Below, one piece after another: positions 9,942 through 19,701 of a stretch of 64,000 nt of DNA. The translations under genes were made by a program, and so were the position numbers. Source of the stretch: Escherichia phage vB_EcoS_MM-1; sequence record PV577657, one strand, 5' to 3'. How positions within the stretch are numbered: the first letter of the stretch is position 1; each line of letters starts with the position of its first letter. Under the pieces are notes generated by a model. That model searched no databases. It saw only the letters and a program-made list of their open reading frames with translations, and was not told where the DNA came from.

Positions 9942-10542
9942 TGTGCAAATCCGACATTGCTCCACGGGTGTTACGTGCGGGCGTGTATGTGCGAATCCGA
10001 CAATTTTTGGTAGTGTGCAAATCCGACCCGAAAAATTTTTATAGTGTGCAAATCCGACAATGAATTTTCCTAAAAACTCCAGCAATCACGAACTGCGTTC
10101 GAATCCTGTGGGGTATGTGCAAATCCGACACGGTTTTTCTAGGATTAAGATGTGCGAATCCGACAAGATTTTTGTGACTTCGATTGGAGGGTGTGTGATT
10201 GTGTGAGTTTGGGGAGAAGTTGAGAGAGCGAGAAAAATTTGAGGGAACTGCGGGAGGGGCGCATGTTTGGTGCGGAGCACCTGATTTGCGGGGATTTTGG
10301 GGAAGAGTTGAGAAGATTTGGGTTAATTTGAGATTAGTGCAGAAAAAGTAAAATTTTATTAGCTAAATGGAGCAAAATAGCTTGACAAGTGAAAATTCTT
10401 GTGGCTCTAAAAACTCAGGCAATCATGGGCCTTCGGCCCGAAATAATGCTGCCATTTTCAGGAGATTATGTGTCCATGAAAACTTAGGCAATTGTGCAAA
10501 TCCGACCAGTTTTTAAACTTATGTCAGTGTGCAAATCCGACA
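9942..10542 (+). repeat. eight direct copies of 15-mer TGTGC(A/G)AATCCGAC(A/C)
   Basis: copies at 9942, 9988, 10014, 10045, 10116, 10151, 10493, 10528; same orientation, irregular spacing, each followed by a T-run. Confidence 0.9.
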
Positions 10543-10564
10543 GTAATTTCTGGAAATGTGTTTT

Positions 10565-10640
10565 GGAAAAATGCCCTCTAGAAATAACCGCCCTCCCAAT
10601 AACCGCCCTGTATTAAACCGCCTAGTATATGTTCCTAGAA
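10565..10640. repeat. AACCGCCCT and CTAGAAA short direct repeats
   Basis: four AACCGCC(C)T copies within 75 bp. Confidence 0.7.
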
Positions 10641-10986
10641 ACTTAAGAGAACCGCCCTAGAAAGAGGGAGTATTTCGTGAGAACTCTGGAGTTTCTAGGA
10701 AAGTGTTGTGCCATCCTAGCAGAAGAGCGGCAACCGGTGTATCATCTTGAACACAAATATTGCCTTTAAATATTTTTAGTTATTTAAAAGTAAATATACC
10801 CCCATTTCATGTGAGATTCCTCGTGGGGCGCGTGAGTATTACGGAAGAACTCTAATATTGGCCCGCGCTAAGACTAGCCGCTATAGCACAGACGCAAATA
10901 GAGTTGTAATAATCATCGCCCCTAGAGTTCACAATAAGAGTTATTGTTAATCTATGAGATTATTATAACATACATTTTTAATAACG

Positions 10987-11742
10987 TCAAGAAGATTTTA
11001 CTAATGTTTTTGGATTCTTCTTGGCTTTGAGATATATCCCTTTAGATGCTAGATAGATATATGTTGCTAGAAATGAAGATTCTGATCCCGATTCCTCATA
11101 GGTTAACGTACCTCTAGGGTATTTATTTGTTTTAGGAGCATAGTTAAGCACAGCCGCAGTTAATGACCCTAATCCTAGAACATCTGCAAGACGTCTAAAG
11201 GTATTCTCTTCATCATGGATAGCATAAAGAATGTTATCTTCAATATCCGTTAATGGAATTTTACGGGTATGAGATACTGCAATCCGTGCTATCATAGCTC
11301 CAATTGTTTTATTAATATCCTCGAAAGAAACACTCTCCATATATTTTAGAGGGGGAAGATGGTCATATTTACATTTCTTAGGTGGAATAAGAAGTTGTTC
11401 AGGATAAGCCTCTAGTGCCTGACGAACGTTTGCTTCTGGATATGTTGGTAAAGGTTCATCTATAATAACATGTAAGAAATTAGCTCTGTGCCCCTTAGCA
11501 GTTGGATCTAAAGACTTCAATATTTTGTTCATATCCACGTATGAATACGCTAGATCTGCTTGAGGAGCATTAATATCAAACTTAATCTTCTTACCTTCCC
11601 ATTTAGCAGGGAACATCTCACAAACAAACATTACTGCATGTTTAACATCTGGCTCTAGCTCTGATAGACATTTGTGATCTGCTGTTACTGCTAAAGCGAG
11701 TATATTCTTAAATTTATTAGCTTCTTCAATCATATATCCCAT
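10987..11742 (-). CDS. hypothetical protein, AT-rich island
   Basis: 251-aa ORF. Confidence 0.55.
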   Translation of the reverse strand: MGYMIEEANKFKNILALAVTADHKCLSELEPDVKHAVMFVCEMFPAKWEGKKIKFDINAPQADLAYSYVDMNKILKSLDPTAKGHRANFLHVIIDEPLPTYPEANVRQALEAYPEQLLIPPKKCKYDHLPPLKYMESVSFEDINKTIGAMIARIAVSHTRKIPLTDIEDNILYAIHDEENTFRRLADVLGLGSLTAAVLNYAPKTNKYPRGTLTYEESGSESSFLATYIYLASKGIYLKAKKNPKTLVKSS

Positions 11743-12071
11743 GCCTGCTGACTATTATCACTAACTTGTGTCTTTTTCTTTCTTTGTGGTTTAAAAGCTC
11801 CTTTAGTATTGCTTCTATTAGGCTCTAATTTATACCACAGCATTCCTAGCTGGTTAACCATATGAGCAACATTTCTAGGAGTCAATGGTGGTAGAAATTC
11901 GCAGTTTGATATTTCCACTAATATATTAAGTAACTCTGTCTCTTTAGCTTTACTGTTTACTACCACCACGTATTCTAATGTTTCTACCTCGGAATCCTCG
12001 TCTTTATAGTAGAGGCTAAGAGTAATTAAATTGTCACCAGCAGGAGTTATTTTTGTTTTACCAAATATCAT
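11730..12071 (-). CDS. hypothetical protein
   Basis: 113 aa. Confidence 0.5.
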   Translation of the reverse strand: MIFGKTKITPAGDNLITLSLYYKDEDSEVETLEYVVVVNSKAKETELLNILVEISNCEFLPPLTPRNVAHMVNQLGMLWYKLEPNRSNTKGAFKPQRKKKTQVSDNSQQAWDI

Positions 12072-12670
12072 TAATTACCTCTCTTATCTTCATTAATAGC
12101 AGCTCCCAACGCCTCCATAATAGCATCCTCTAAACTTCCATGTTTACCAGGATTATTAAAATGAATAGTACAAACAGAACTCCTAGAAACTCCAGCATCC
12201 GCAGGTGCTACGCTTCGCATATCAGATTCAAAAGCTTCTTGAGTATGTTTCAACTGCACAGAAGGGCCGTAATCTTCACCAACTCGATAAGATTGATTAG
12301 ACGACAGCGTACCACCGCATGGAACATTGTGCAAATCCGATGATTTATTTAACAGTGCAATACCGCCTTTTGACCACGGGTCACTAACAGTGGTACTGGG
12401 ACGATTTACCTCAGTCTTCACAAGTTTGTACTCTGCATCGATTAATGCGTTAATTAGATTATCAGCTGGGATGCGAGCCTTACCAAAAATCTTACGAGCG
12501 TCTTCAAGCTTACCTTCAAAATCTTTACACGCTCTAAGGTCGGTGTGTGCAAATGTTAGTTTCATAGACTTGAACTGTACAGTAGCAGTTAAATCTTTAA
12601 AGCTATAATCCCACGTATTCAATTCATGGTCTGGTACTACTTGAATAGATTGTTGCGCATTAAAAGTCAT
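12071..12670 (-). CDS. hypothetical protein
   Basis: 199 aa; contains a 13-nt partial copy of the 15-mer repeat at 12329-12341. Confidence 0.55.
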   Translation of the reverse strand: MTFNAQQSIQVVPDHELNTWDYSFKDLTATVQFKSMKLTFAHTDLRACKDFEGKLEDARKIFGKARIPADNLINALIDAEYKLVKTEVNRPSTTVSDPWSKGGIALLNKSSDLHNVPCGGTLSSNQSYRVGEDYGPSVQLKHTQEAFESDMRSVAPADAGVSRSSVCTIHFNNPGKHGSLEDAIMEALGAAINEDKRGN

Positions 12671-12855
12671 TATTTATTCTCCAGTTTGTCTAACAGTTTA
12701 TGGGCTGCGATGTTATATTGTTTAATTTCACGGTTAAGGATTTGGTTCTCACACTTTAGCTCTAGATTCTTATTATTAAGAATATTGCAGATTAGTAGGA
12801 GTGCTAGTATTAGTAACAGAGAACCTACGAGCATTAAAAGAAAAAGAGTTTCCAT
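12670..12855 (-). CDS. small membrane protein
   Basis: 61 aa, one TM. Confidence 0.4.
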   Translation of the reverse strand: METLFLLMLVGSLLLILALLLICNILNNKNLELKCENQILNREIKQYNIAAHKLLDKLENK

Positions 12856-13088
12856 TATTTTATCTCCATGTAACGTTTGAGATATATGATGAAGTCCTCT
12901 GCTGTATGCTCTACGCTACCTTGAGCTACGAATAGCTTGAGAGCTTCACGTTGTAGTTTGAGAGCAGCCAACTCACCACGCAATTTTATTAGATCTTCTG
13001 CTAGTTCTCTAGCTCTATGCATAATAGCAAAAGATACAAGTACTACGATGAATAACATAACTACTAAGATACTTGCTATGATTTCCAT
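12855..13088 (-). CDS. small membrane protein
   Basis: 77 aa, N-terminal TM and coiled coil. Confidence 0.4.
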   Translation of the reverse strand: MEIIASILVVMLFIVVLVSFAIMHRARELAEDLIKLRGELAALKLQREALKLFVAQGSVEHTAEDFIIYLKRYMEIK

Positions 13089-13366
13089 ATTAACATCCAG
13101 CTTTTATCACACATTTGGGCATGATATATCAGTTCATTCATTGATGTGTTGTTATCATAAATGCACTCTAGTATATACTTTCTGTCAAATTCGTCAACCA
13201 AATATTCTACATTATTTATTACTACTTTATACAGATCTGGGACTAGAGAGCATGTATTTGGTACGGGGCGACTGCTTAAGTCTATTTCATTATAGCCCCA
13301 TGTTGTTTTAAATAGTTTGTTACTAAGTGCTGCTAATGGATTTGACCATATAATATAGCTACTCAC
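13076..13366 (-). CDS. hypothetical protein
   Basis: 96 aa. Confidence 0.45.
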   Translation of the reverse strand: MSSYIIWSNPLAALSNKLFKTTWGYNEIDLSSRPVPNTCSLVPDLYKVVINNVEYLVDEFDRKYILECIYDNNTSMNELIYHAQMCDKSWMLIWKS

Positions 13367-13907
13367 TATTTATCTCCATTCTTAACTTTGAAAACTTATT
13401 ATACCAAACTATATGATTATCGTCAATTACAAATTTATGATAACATGCTGGTACGGTATAAGTTCCATAATCCGTGACACGCTGCACAACCTTGTGTGCA
13501 CACAGTCGACAACCGTGCCCTTCTAAATGAGATCTAGCCGTTTGCCAGTAATAACCATCATGATCCGGACAATAGATCTCGACTTGCTGTTGCATTGTTT
13601 TATAATTTACACGCTCATACCCAAAGAAAGCTCCATGAGCTGCAACAGCTTTCTTGATAAATATAAGGTTTAGTGCTTCTTGCTGAAAGTCGGGATGTAG
13701 CTGCTTAATCTTATTTCTATTAATAGATCCATCAGATTTGATAAACCTATTTATTGGGAAGTTGTTAGCTTCCTCGATTAATAATTCATTTACTTTTTCT
13801 CTCATATTAGATATTCTCACAGCTAAGGTAGAAGCATTCGTAAGCATCACCAGTAAACTCTTTATCTTGTAGTATACACTTAGCCTGGTCTTGTGGTACT
13901 CCGGCAT
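13359..13907 (-). CDS. hypothetical Cys/His-rich protein
   Basis: 182 aa; 'CPDHDGYYW...HLEGHGCRLCAH' looks like a metal-binding cluster. Confidence 0.5.
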   Translation of the reverse strand: MPEYHKTRLSVYYKIKSLLVMLTNASTLAVRISNMREKVNELLIEEANNFPINRFIKSDGSINRNKIKQLHPDFQQEALNLIFIKKAVAAHGAFFGYERVNYKTMQQQVEIYCPDHDGYYWQTARSHLEGHGCRLCAHKVVQRVTDYGTYTVPACYHKFVIDDNHIVWYNKFSKLRMEINSE

Positions 13908-14031
13908 CTAATAATTGTTGTTTACTTGGCTTTTCAGCGAATACTTTTACAAAATATTCGCCATCCTGATTATACTCATTTATATCTCTAGTAAGGACAT
14001 ATACTTGCATTTGAAGTTCCTTGAAACACAA
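13807..14031 (-). CDS. hypothetical protein
   Basis: 74 aa; overlaps upstream ORF, start uncertain. Confidence 0.35.
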   Translation of the reverse strand: MCFKELQMQVYVLTRDINEYNQDGEYFVKVFAEKPSKQQLLDAGVPQDQAKCILQDKEFTGDAYECFYLSCENI

Positions 14032-14048
14032 AAGGCCAGAACAATTAA
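14015..14048 (-). terminator. rho-independent terminator
   Basis: aggccag / ctggcct stem followed by U-run on minus strand. Confidence 0.5.
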
Positions 14049-14064
14049 GTCCTGGCCTCTAGAA

Positions 14065-14502
14065 TTAATGAAGTTGTTTACCACTTCTTAAAATAGTGGC
14101 CGTTTCCATAAGATTTAACGTTGTATCACGCTTTTTGATTTGTTTGTCCAGTTCATCGGTACGTTTGCCAATGTAAGCGTTAATAGCCATATTCATAGCT
14201 GAGGCAAGATCTTCTTTGGTTATCTCTTCATTATCTAAAGCTAATTTAGCTAAAGAATCGAAAGTACTAGAAAGGCCTATAAGATCTGAGGTTTCACTGG
14301 CCAAAATAGGGTTAATATTATCTATTGTTACTTCTAACATAGAGTTAACAATATCTTCTCCGTCTACTAGACCAGATTCAATATTACTCTCCCATTCCTT
14401 CATCTGCTCCAGCAAGGGATTTTTCTTTTCTGTCATGGTAGAGATTTCCTGTGTCAGTTGGTAAGAAGGATGATTGCGTTTTAGGTGGATGTTGTTTAGC
14501 AA
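14065..14502 (-). CDS. hypothetical acidic protein
   Basis: 145 aa; start may be internal. Confidence 0.45.
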   Translation of the reverse strand: MLNNIHLKRNHPSYQLTQEISTMTEKKNPLLEQMKEWESNIESGLVDGEDIVNSMLEVTIDNINPILASETSDLIGLSSTFDSLAKLALDNEEITKEDLASAMNMAINAYIGKRTDELDKQIKKRDTTLNLMETATILRSGKQLH

Positions 14503-14845
14503 TCCAGTTAAGAATCAGCACACGACTAGGAACAATATCAGTGTTGTACCAGAAATCGTGAACCCATTGACGAGCATCCTCAAACTTACCAAATTTATAC
14601 GCTTTCTTAAACAATTCAAACCCAAAACAATCTGGTGTAAAGTCTACTTCACGATACTGAATTACTTTAGAACCAGTTAGGTCTTGGATCGCTGCATTAA
14701 TTTCTGTATGCGAGAATTTTGTTTCGTGAAACTTGTTAAAGAATCGGTAGTTGAAGCGTCCGTTCGTTTCGACAAACAACTGGATGAAGAGATCGTTAAA
14801 TTGGTTATCAAACCAGTAATTCTGTAGTTGTTGTAGTGCTGTCAT
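14384..14845 (-). CDS. hypothetical protein
   Basis: 153 aa, aromatic-rich. Confidence 0.45.
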   Translation of the reverse strand: MTALQQLQNYWFDNQFNDLFIQLFVETNGRFNYRFFNKFHETKFSHTEINAAIQDLTGSKVIQYREVDFTPDCFGFELFKKAYKFGKFEDARQWVHDFWYNTDIVPSRVLILNWIAKQHPPKTQSSFLPTDTGNLYHDRKEKSLAGADEGMGE

Positions 14846-15141
14846 TTACGAACTCCGTTAATCGCCACGATGATGCCTTCGTACATAAAAGGAAGTAGTT
14901 CAGAAGTGTAGAAGATATTTTCCGTTATTCCTAGATGTAGAAAAAGTATATTAAATAATGCTGTTAGAAATACAATCTGAGGCAGTAATACAAAATACTC
15001 AGTTACAATCTTTGGTGCCTGATAAACAAGACGTTTTATCATTGTTTTTAAGTCTCCTTATTACTTTGGCCTGCTCCACAATAATAAAAACTGCGAGCAC
15101 TAATAGTGCTATTAGCCCAGCAGTAATTGGTACTAAATCAA

Positions 15142-15468
15142 TCATGGGAGACGCCATACGTAATTAGCTGTCTGTAGAGTCTTAGGAGTATTACCTTTAT
15201 GCATTACTACAGACTCCGGTGAATAACTATTAGCTAGTTCTTTACGAATCAGCTCACATTCTTCACCAGTATCGATATTTTTAACTATCACTTTCATATT
15301 AAGAGGTGTTAATACAGAAAGTGGCTTCCAGGAGTCCTCAATCTCAATTCCTACCTTTTTATCAATTATCATGAGAACTTCTAATGTATCATCCGGAATA
15401 CTAATATTATTATTCACAAACTGTAATATCTCATGTAAGGTATTTAATTCATTAAAATTAAGCTTCAT
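15142..15468 (-). CDS. hypothetical protein
   Basis: 108 aa. Confidence 0.45.
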   Translation of the reverse strand: MKLNFNELNTLHEILQFVNNNISIPDDTLEVLMIIDKKVGIEIEDSWKPLSVLTPLNMKVIVKNIDTGEECELIRKELANSYSPESVVMHKGNTPKTLQTANYVWRLP

Positions 15469-15703
15469 CTTTAATAATATCCTCTACCATATCACAAGAC
15501 TGTTGCAATTCATCAGCAATACGTTTAACATCGGTTTTTGTTACTTTACCAATTAGCATTACCAGTAACATAGAGAAGATAATAAAAGGTACTGGAATAA
15601 CAAATAAAGCTACCTTAGCTACATTCTTTGGTGTCCATGTGTGGTATTTAGTAACTAGTACACCAACCACAACTAAATAAAATGCGAGAATAAACATCAT
15701 CAT
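15458..15703 (-). CDS. membrane protein
   Basis: 81 aa, two TM. Confidence 0.45.
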   Translation of the reverse strand: MMMFILAFYLVVVGVLVTKYHTWTPKNVAKVALFVIPVPFIIFSMLLVMLIGKVTKTDVKRIADELQQSCDMVEDIIKDEA

Positions 15704-15981
15704 TTTTTAATCTCCGTAATTATCTGCGCACGCATTACTTTAGCAGGTAATTTATTATTTCCAACTATTACTTCAATATTATTTAACTTTTCTTTAAGAA
15801 TATCTGAGCGTCTTTGGGCCAGTTCAATATCTTGTTCTTGCTCTAGTAAACGGTGGTGCAACCCGCTGTTAGTAATGCGCATACCTTCCATATTTTTTCG
15901 TATGCTTACAATACCAATAATTCCACCAATCGCTGCTAGTGTCATAAGCACTAGCAGTCCAATAAGAATTTCTATAATCAT
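15700..15981 (-). CDS. membrane protein
   Basis: 93 aa, N-terminal TM then coiled coil. Confidence 0.45.
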   Translation of the reverse strand: MIIEILIGLLVLMTLAAIGGIIGIVSIRKNMEGMRITNSGLHHRLLEQEQDIELAQRRSDILKEKLNNIEVIVGNNKLPAKVMRAQIITEIKK

Positions 15982-16403
15982 TTGTCCGTTACTCCATTAC
16001 TACACTTAATGTAGGGGCTTACAGTTTCGTAGAATTTAATCTTGACTAAAGATCCGTTAACTGCTCTACAAAATCTCTTACCCTCTTCAATTTGAAGTTT
16101 GGCCTCAATTGAATCTTCCATTTTGTAGGCATCTACTACTTCAACCCCAGAATCTTTAGATAAGGCTTCATCTAGTTTTATTTGCTTGAGCACAAGGTCT
16201 GCTTCTGCAAGCATTATTTTATGTTTTGATAGTAACTTATTGCTTTCTGCCCTAGCTTTAATTTCTGGACTGATATGTTCCTCTATTACAACTTCCTTCA
16301 CTTCGTCACGTTGATTAAGTATATAGTCGGTAACACCAATCGATATTGCTAAAGAAAGCAGCGAGTTAACTGATATAGTATAGAAAAATTGGCCATTAGT
16401 CAT
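15978..16403 (-). CDS. membrane protein
   Basis: 141 aa, N-terminal TM. Confidence 0.45.
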   Translation of the reverse strand: MTNGQFFYTISVNSLLSLAISIGVTDYILNQRDEVKEVVIEEHISPEIKARAESNKLLSKHKIMLAEADLVLKQIKLDEALSKDSGVEVVDAYKMEDSIEAKLQIEEGKRFCRAVNGSLVKIKFYETVSPYIKCSNGVTDK

Positions 16404-16654
16404 TATTTCTTACCTTTCAGTTGCTTAACTTCACGTTCAAAAGATGCTGCACGACGTTCGGCAGTTGCCTGATGCTCTTTAGCAAAACGTGCTTCTTGTT
16501 TTGCAAGGTTGAATGCCATAGCATTCTTGTTAAGAGAATCGTACATCTTTTTCATTGCCGGAATAGACATCTTCATGAGCTGGCCCTCAAAACCCTGCAT
16601 ATCGAGGAGAATTGCCAGAACGTTAGCCATTTCATTTTTAGTCATGTTTTCCAT
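16403..16654 (-). CDS. hypothetical protein
   Basis: track start 16672 lies inside the conserved leader; moved to the ATG after the GAGGA RBS. Confidence 0.45.
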   Translation of the reverse strand: MENMTKNEMANVLAILLDMQGFEGQLMKMSIPAMKKMYDSLNKNAMAFNLAKQEARFAKEHQATAERRAASFEREVKQLKGKK

Positions 16655-16656
16655 TA

Positions 16657-16726
16657 GAATTTCCTCTCTCATTAATTTATGAACTTATTATACAGAATTT
16701 TAAGGCTTAAAGCAACTGAATTTTTT
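16657..16726 (-). promoter_or_regulatory. conserved early promoter plus leader
   Basis: TTGCTT-like -35, TATAAT -10, leader aaattaatgagagagg. Confidence 0.6.
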
Positions 16727-16732
16727 AATTAC

Positions 16733-17164
16733 TTACCAATCGTTAACAACGCCGGAGAACTCAGAAGCAAAAACTTTTTCAAATTTTTCTGCAATTTCAG
16801 GATGATCTTTACAGATTAACTCAATACATGCTTCTGGAGCCATTCCTTCGTCTTCAGGATCACCATAATACTTGTCCCAAAGATCATCTGGGATGATGTG
16901 TTCTGCTAAATCTTGAAAAGAGATTAACTGATAACGTTCTGCTTCCTCGGGGATAAGGATTTCACAAAGATCTTTATCTATATCACTACGATAATCAGCA
17001 ATTAGCAGGGCATTACAAGCATGACACTCCCAGACCATCAAGCGTTCAGAAATAGGATTAGACTTATCCTGAATGTAGGACTGAAACAGGGTTCGGAAAG
17101 TAGCTTTAACTTGTTCAAACTTATCTGCTGCTGCGAAAACTAGAGCTTTATCAACTTTGTTCAT
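16733..17164 (-). CDS. hypothetical acidic protein
   Basis: 143 aa. Confidence 0.5.
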   Translation of the reverse strand: MNKVDKALVFAAADKFEQVKATFRTLFQSYIQDKSNPISERLMVWECHACNALLIADYRSDIDKDLCEILIPEEAERYQLISFQDLAEHIIPDDLWDKYYGDPEDEGMAPEACIELICKDHPEIAEKFEKVFASEFSGVVNDW

Positions 17165-17331
17165 TTTGTCTCCTTCTCATCAATTTATAAAGTAATTATA
17201 CAGAAACTTAGGCATTTTAGCAAATAAAACTTTTAATTAAAATGCCTAGTCCTGTACCAACAGCAATACAAATGATTATAAGTATTGCTACTGTTTGTAT
17301 GATTCGTTTAATAATAGCCTCAGCTATATAC

Positions 17332-17955
17332 TTAGACATTTATATCACCACGCAATACGGCAGCTACATCTTCCCCTATTTGTAATACTTCACCAGTAGT
17401 GCAGTTGACCACTCTATCATAGCTAGTAAACTTACCTGATACAATATCTTCTAGAGGAATAGGAGTTTTGCTCATCTCAAATGAGACATTGATGTAACGA
17501 GGGTCACGTAGAGAAGTAGTATGTACGTGTCCGTGAATATTTAACTTGCCCCGAAGTTCATTGGGGTGCAAAGGACAATGAGATAGCCAAAACTTTTTGC
17601 CACCACCAGTCTGTTTACCTAGAGCCTGAATATCATCGTAAACTTCTACTAAATCTTTAATACAGAGTCCTTGACGTTCCGCATCGTGGTTGCCCATAAT
17701 AAGTTGATTAGGAACATTGTGGATAACCGACTTTAGCTTGGCCAAGCCTTCACGACCTACTGCAATGTCTCCTAACAAGATGAGTTTAGTACGCTTGCCA
17801 ATGTGCTTGGAGAGAGTATCCAGAATGTACTCGTCATGTTCTTTCATATTCTTAAACCACGGACGGAAACGTAATGCCCCAGGATGATCTAAGTGCAAAT
17901 CCGACCAAAATTTAACTTTCATTATTCTTTCCTTTATTCCGAATAATATTATCAA
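17332..17955 (-). CDS. calcineurin-like metallophosphoesterase
   Basis: motifs SDLHLD, GDIAVGR, GNHD, GHVH; likely true start at internal MKVKF; contains a 14-nt partial copy of the 15-mer repeat. Confidence 0.6.
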   Translation of the reverse strand: MIILFGIKERIMKVKFWSDLHLDHPGALRFRPWFKNMKEHDEYILDTLSKHIGKRTKLILLGDIAVGREGLAKLKSVIHNVPNQLIMGNHDAERQGLCIKDLVEVYDDIQALGKQTGGGKKFWLSHCPLHPNELRGKLNIHGHVHTTSLRDPRYINVSFEMSKTPIPLEDIVSGKFTSYDRVVNCTTGEVLQIGEDVAAVLRGDINV

Positions 17956-18202
17956 CCCAAGTAGTTAATACTCTAGCTTTAAACTCTTCGGGAGTTTCTG
18001 TTTTCTTAAAGGCCTCCTCATTAAGGAGGAAAATACTAAGTCTTGTTTCTACCTCTATCTCAGTAGGGGAGTCAAAACAAAAATTGGCTGATACTCCAGA
18101 GTACCATACTCCAGTATCCCCCTTACTGAAGGCATTAACTAGTGCCCTCCAACGAAGGGCATCAAGATGTGTTGAACTTGATTGTTCTTGTTTACTATCC
18201 AT
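17912..18202 (-). CDS. hypothetical protein
   Basis: 96 aa. Confidence 0.4.
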   Translation of the reverse strand: MDSKQEQSSSTHLDALRWRALVNAFSKGDTGVWYSGVSANFCFDSPTEIEVETRLSIFLLNEEAFKKTETPEEFKARVLTTWVDNIIRNKGKNNES

Positions 18203-19077
18203 TAAAGAATCCTCTGTATGCCACAGCTATCTTCTCGAAGCGTGGTAAATGTTGCGATTTTCCCAGTTTCATCATTAACCTGCGCAATCGTCAACTGCCC
18301 ATTGAAAACACCGCCAGTATCAAGATAAACACGGTTTTTATAAAGAAGCGGGTAAGGTACTCCAGTATGTCCGTGAAACACGAAATCTACTCCTTTAACT
18401 TCTGGCACTTCTACCATGTATTTTTCTTTAAACCCAGAATAACGCTGGAAATAGGGGTGTTCCTCACCATTTTTAGACAAGTGGAAGCCTATCTCTTGGA
18501 TTACATCTCGATCCCATAAATATGGTTCAACATAGTATCCAGGATGGTCATGTGGGTCTTCCTTAGCTGCTTCTACTTGTGTAATAAGGTTATCCCATAC
18601 TGGGGTTTCCACTTCGTTACCGCATTCTTTGTACGTAAAAGGTACACCACCATGAACAACACCATATTTCTTGCCACGATGCAGCACAGTCAGAAATACT
18701 GGAAGTTTTTCAGCCATGTCTTCGGCAATATTTTTAATGGTATCTGCATCTAGTTCATTCATAGCCCACATACCACCGTTATACATCCAGTTAGCCCAAT
18801 CTCCTACAATCATAAACTGGTCATGATTTCCACGGACACTGATAAAGCGTGGGTTATACAGGAATTTAGCTAGAACTTGTAGATTCTGCGTGCCTCGGTC
18901 AATTAAATCCCCTACACATACAACGCAATCTTTCTTGCCGTTATATCCAGCTAATTTCAACGCATCTTCTAGCAAATCATTGCATCCATGAATATCACCA
19001 ACGAAAAACAAGTTGGCGTCATCCGGCACTACTAGAGTTTTATGTACATTAAATTCTTTTTTCATAATTATTCCCAA
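18202..19077 (-). CDS. serine/threonine protein phosphatase (PPP family)
   Basis: GDIHGC, GDLIDRG, GNHD motifs. Confidence 0.7.
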   Translation of the reverse strand: MGIIMKKEFNVHKTLVVPDDANLFFVGDIHGCNDLLEDALKLAGYNGKKDCVVCVGDLIDRGTQNLQVLAKFLYNPRFISVRGNHDQFMIVGDWANWMYNGGMWAMNELDADTIKNIAEDMAEKLPVFLTVLHRGKKYGVVHGGVPFTYKECGNEVETPVWDNLITQVEAAKEDPHDHPGYYVEPYLWDRDVIQEIGFHLSKNGEEHPYFQRYSGFKEKYMVEVPEVKGVDFVFHGHTGVPYPLLYKNRVYLDTGGVFNGQLTIAQVNDETGKIATFTTLREDSCGIQRIL

Positions 19078-19313
19078 ATAACAGTTAAAATAGTTGTGCC
19101 ATAATCATTAGATAGTTGGAGAGTATAACCCTCTTTATAGAGGGCTTTTATAGCTTCATAACTAATTTCATCACGATTAAACTGTACAAAAGAACCTCCA
19201 ATCTCCACAGAAGAAACTATTCTCTTTTTAACATACTTATATGGTTTCTTTCTGCTATTAAAAAGTGCAGCTCTGTTTATCCTGGCTAAACGTTTTGCTT
19301 GTTCCGCTAACAT
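19068..19313 (-). CDS. hypothetical protein
   Basis: 81 aa. Confidence 0.4.
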   Translation of the reverse strand: MLAEQAKRLARINRAALFNSRKKPYKYVKKRIVSSVEIGGSFVQFNRDEISYEAIKALYKEGYTLQLSNDYGTTILTVIWE

Positions 19314-19370
19314 TTAATCCTCCAATCAATTTATATAAGTATTATACCAAAATTTTTAGCAAAAAGCAAG

Positions 19371-19402
19371 TAAAATAAAAGCCTGATCAGCTAAGATCAG
19401 GC
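19371..19402 (-). terminator. rho-independent terminator
   Basis: gcctgatc / gatcaggc stem, U-run on minus strand. Confidence 0.55.
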
Positions 19403-19410
19403 TTTGTTTA

Positions 19411-19701
19411 TTAGTCCTCTGGATTATCATCCAGGAAATTTTTAATAGCTTCGTGCATAGTTTCTTTACGAAGCTGACGTCCAATCAAAATATGGTTAGC
19501 TTCTACTCGACCATTAGGTAAGCGATCCGCTAGAACTACTACAGGAACTTGGCGTACACCAAATTTCTGCATTAATTCTGTATTATCAGTCTCTTTATGG
19601 ACTTCCAAATTATAGTCATTGACTACTTTATCAAATACTGGCTCAAACATTTTGCAAGGATTGCAAGTAGAACCTTTCAATAGATATACTAATTTACTCA
19701 T
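19411..19701 (-). CDS. thioredoxin/glutaredoxin-like protein
   Basis: 96 aa with CNPC (CxxC) near N-terminus. Confidence 0.5.
   Translation of the reverse strand: MSKLVYLLKGSTCNPCKMFEPVFDKVVNDYNLEVHKETDNTELMQKFGVRQVPVVVLADRLPNGRVEANHILIGRQLRKETMHEAIKNFLDDNPED

Noticed and set aside
9843-10280. ORF-track CDSs 9843..10085 and 10086..10280 (minus strand)
   Set aside because: They lie entirely within the repeat and palindrome field, have low-complexity translations and no RBS; treated as spurious
9942-10542. Possible CRISPR array suggested by the repeated 15-mer
   Set aside because: Repeats are only 15 nt, spacing is irregular (about 25 to 330 bp), intervening sequences are T-runs rather than unique spacers, and no cas genes are present
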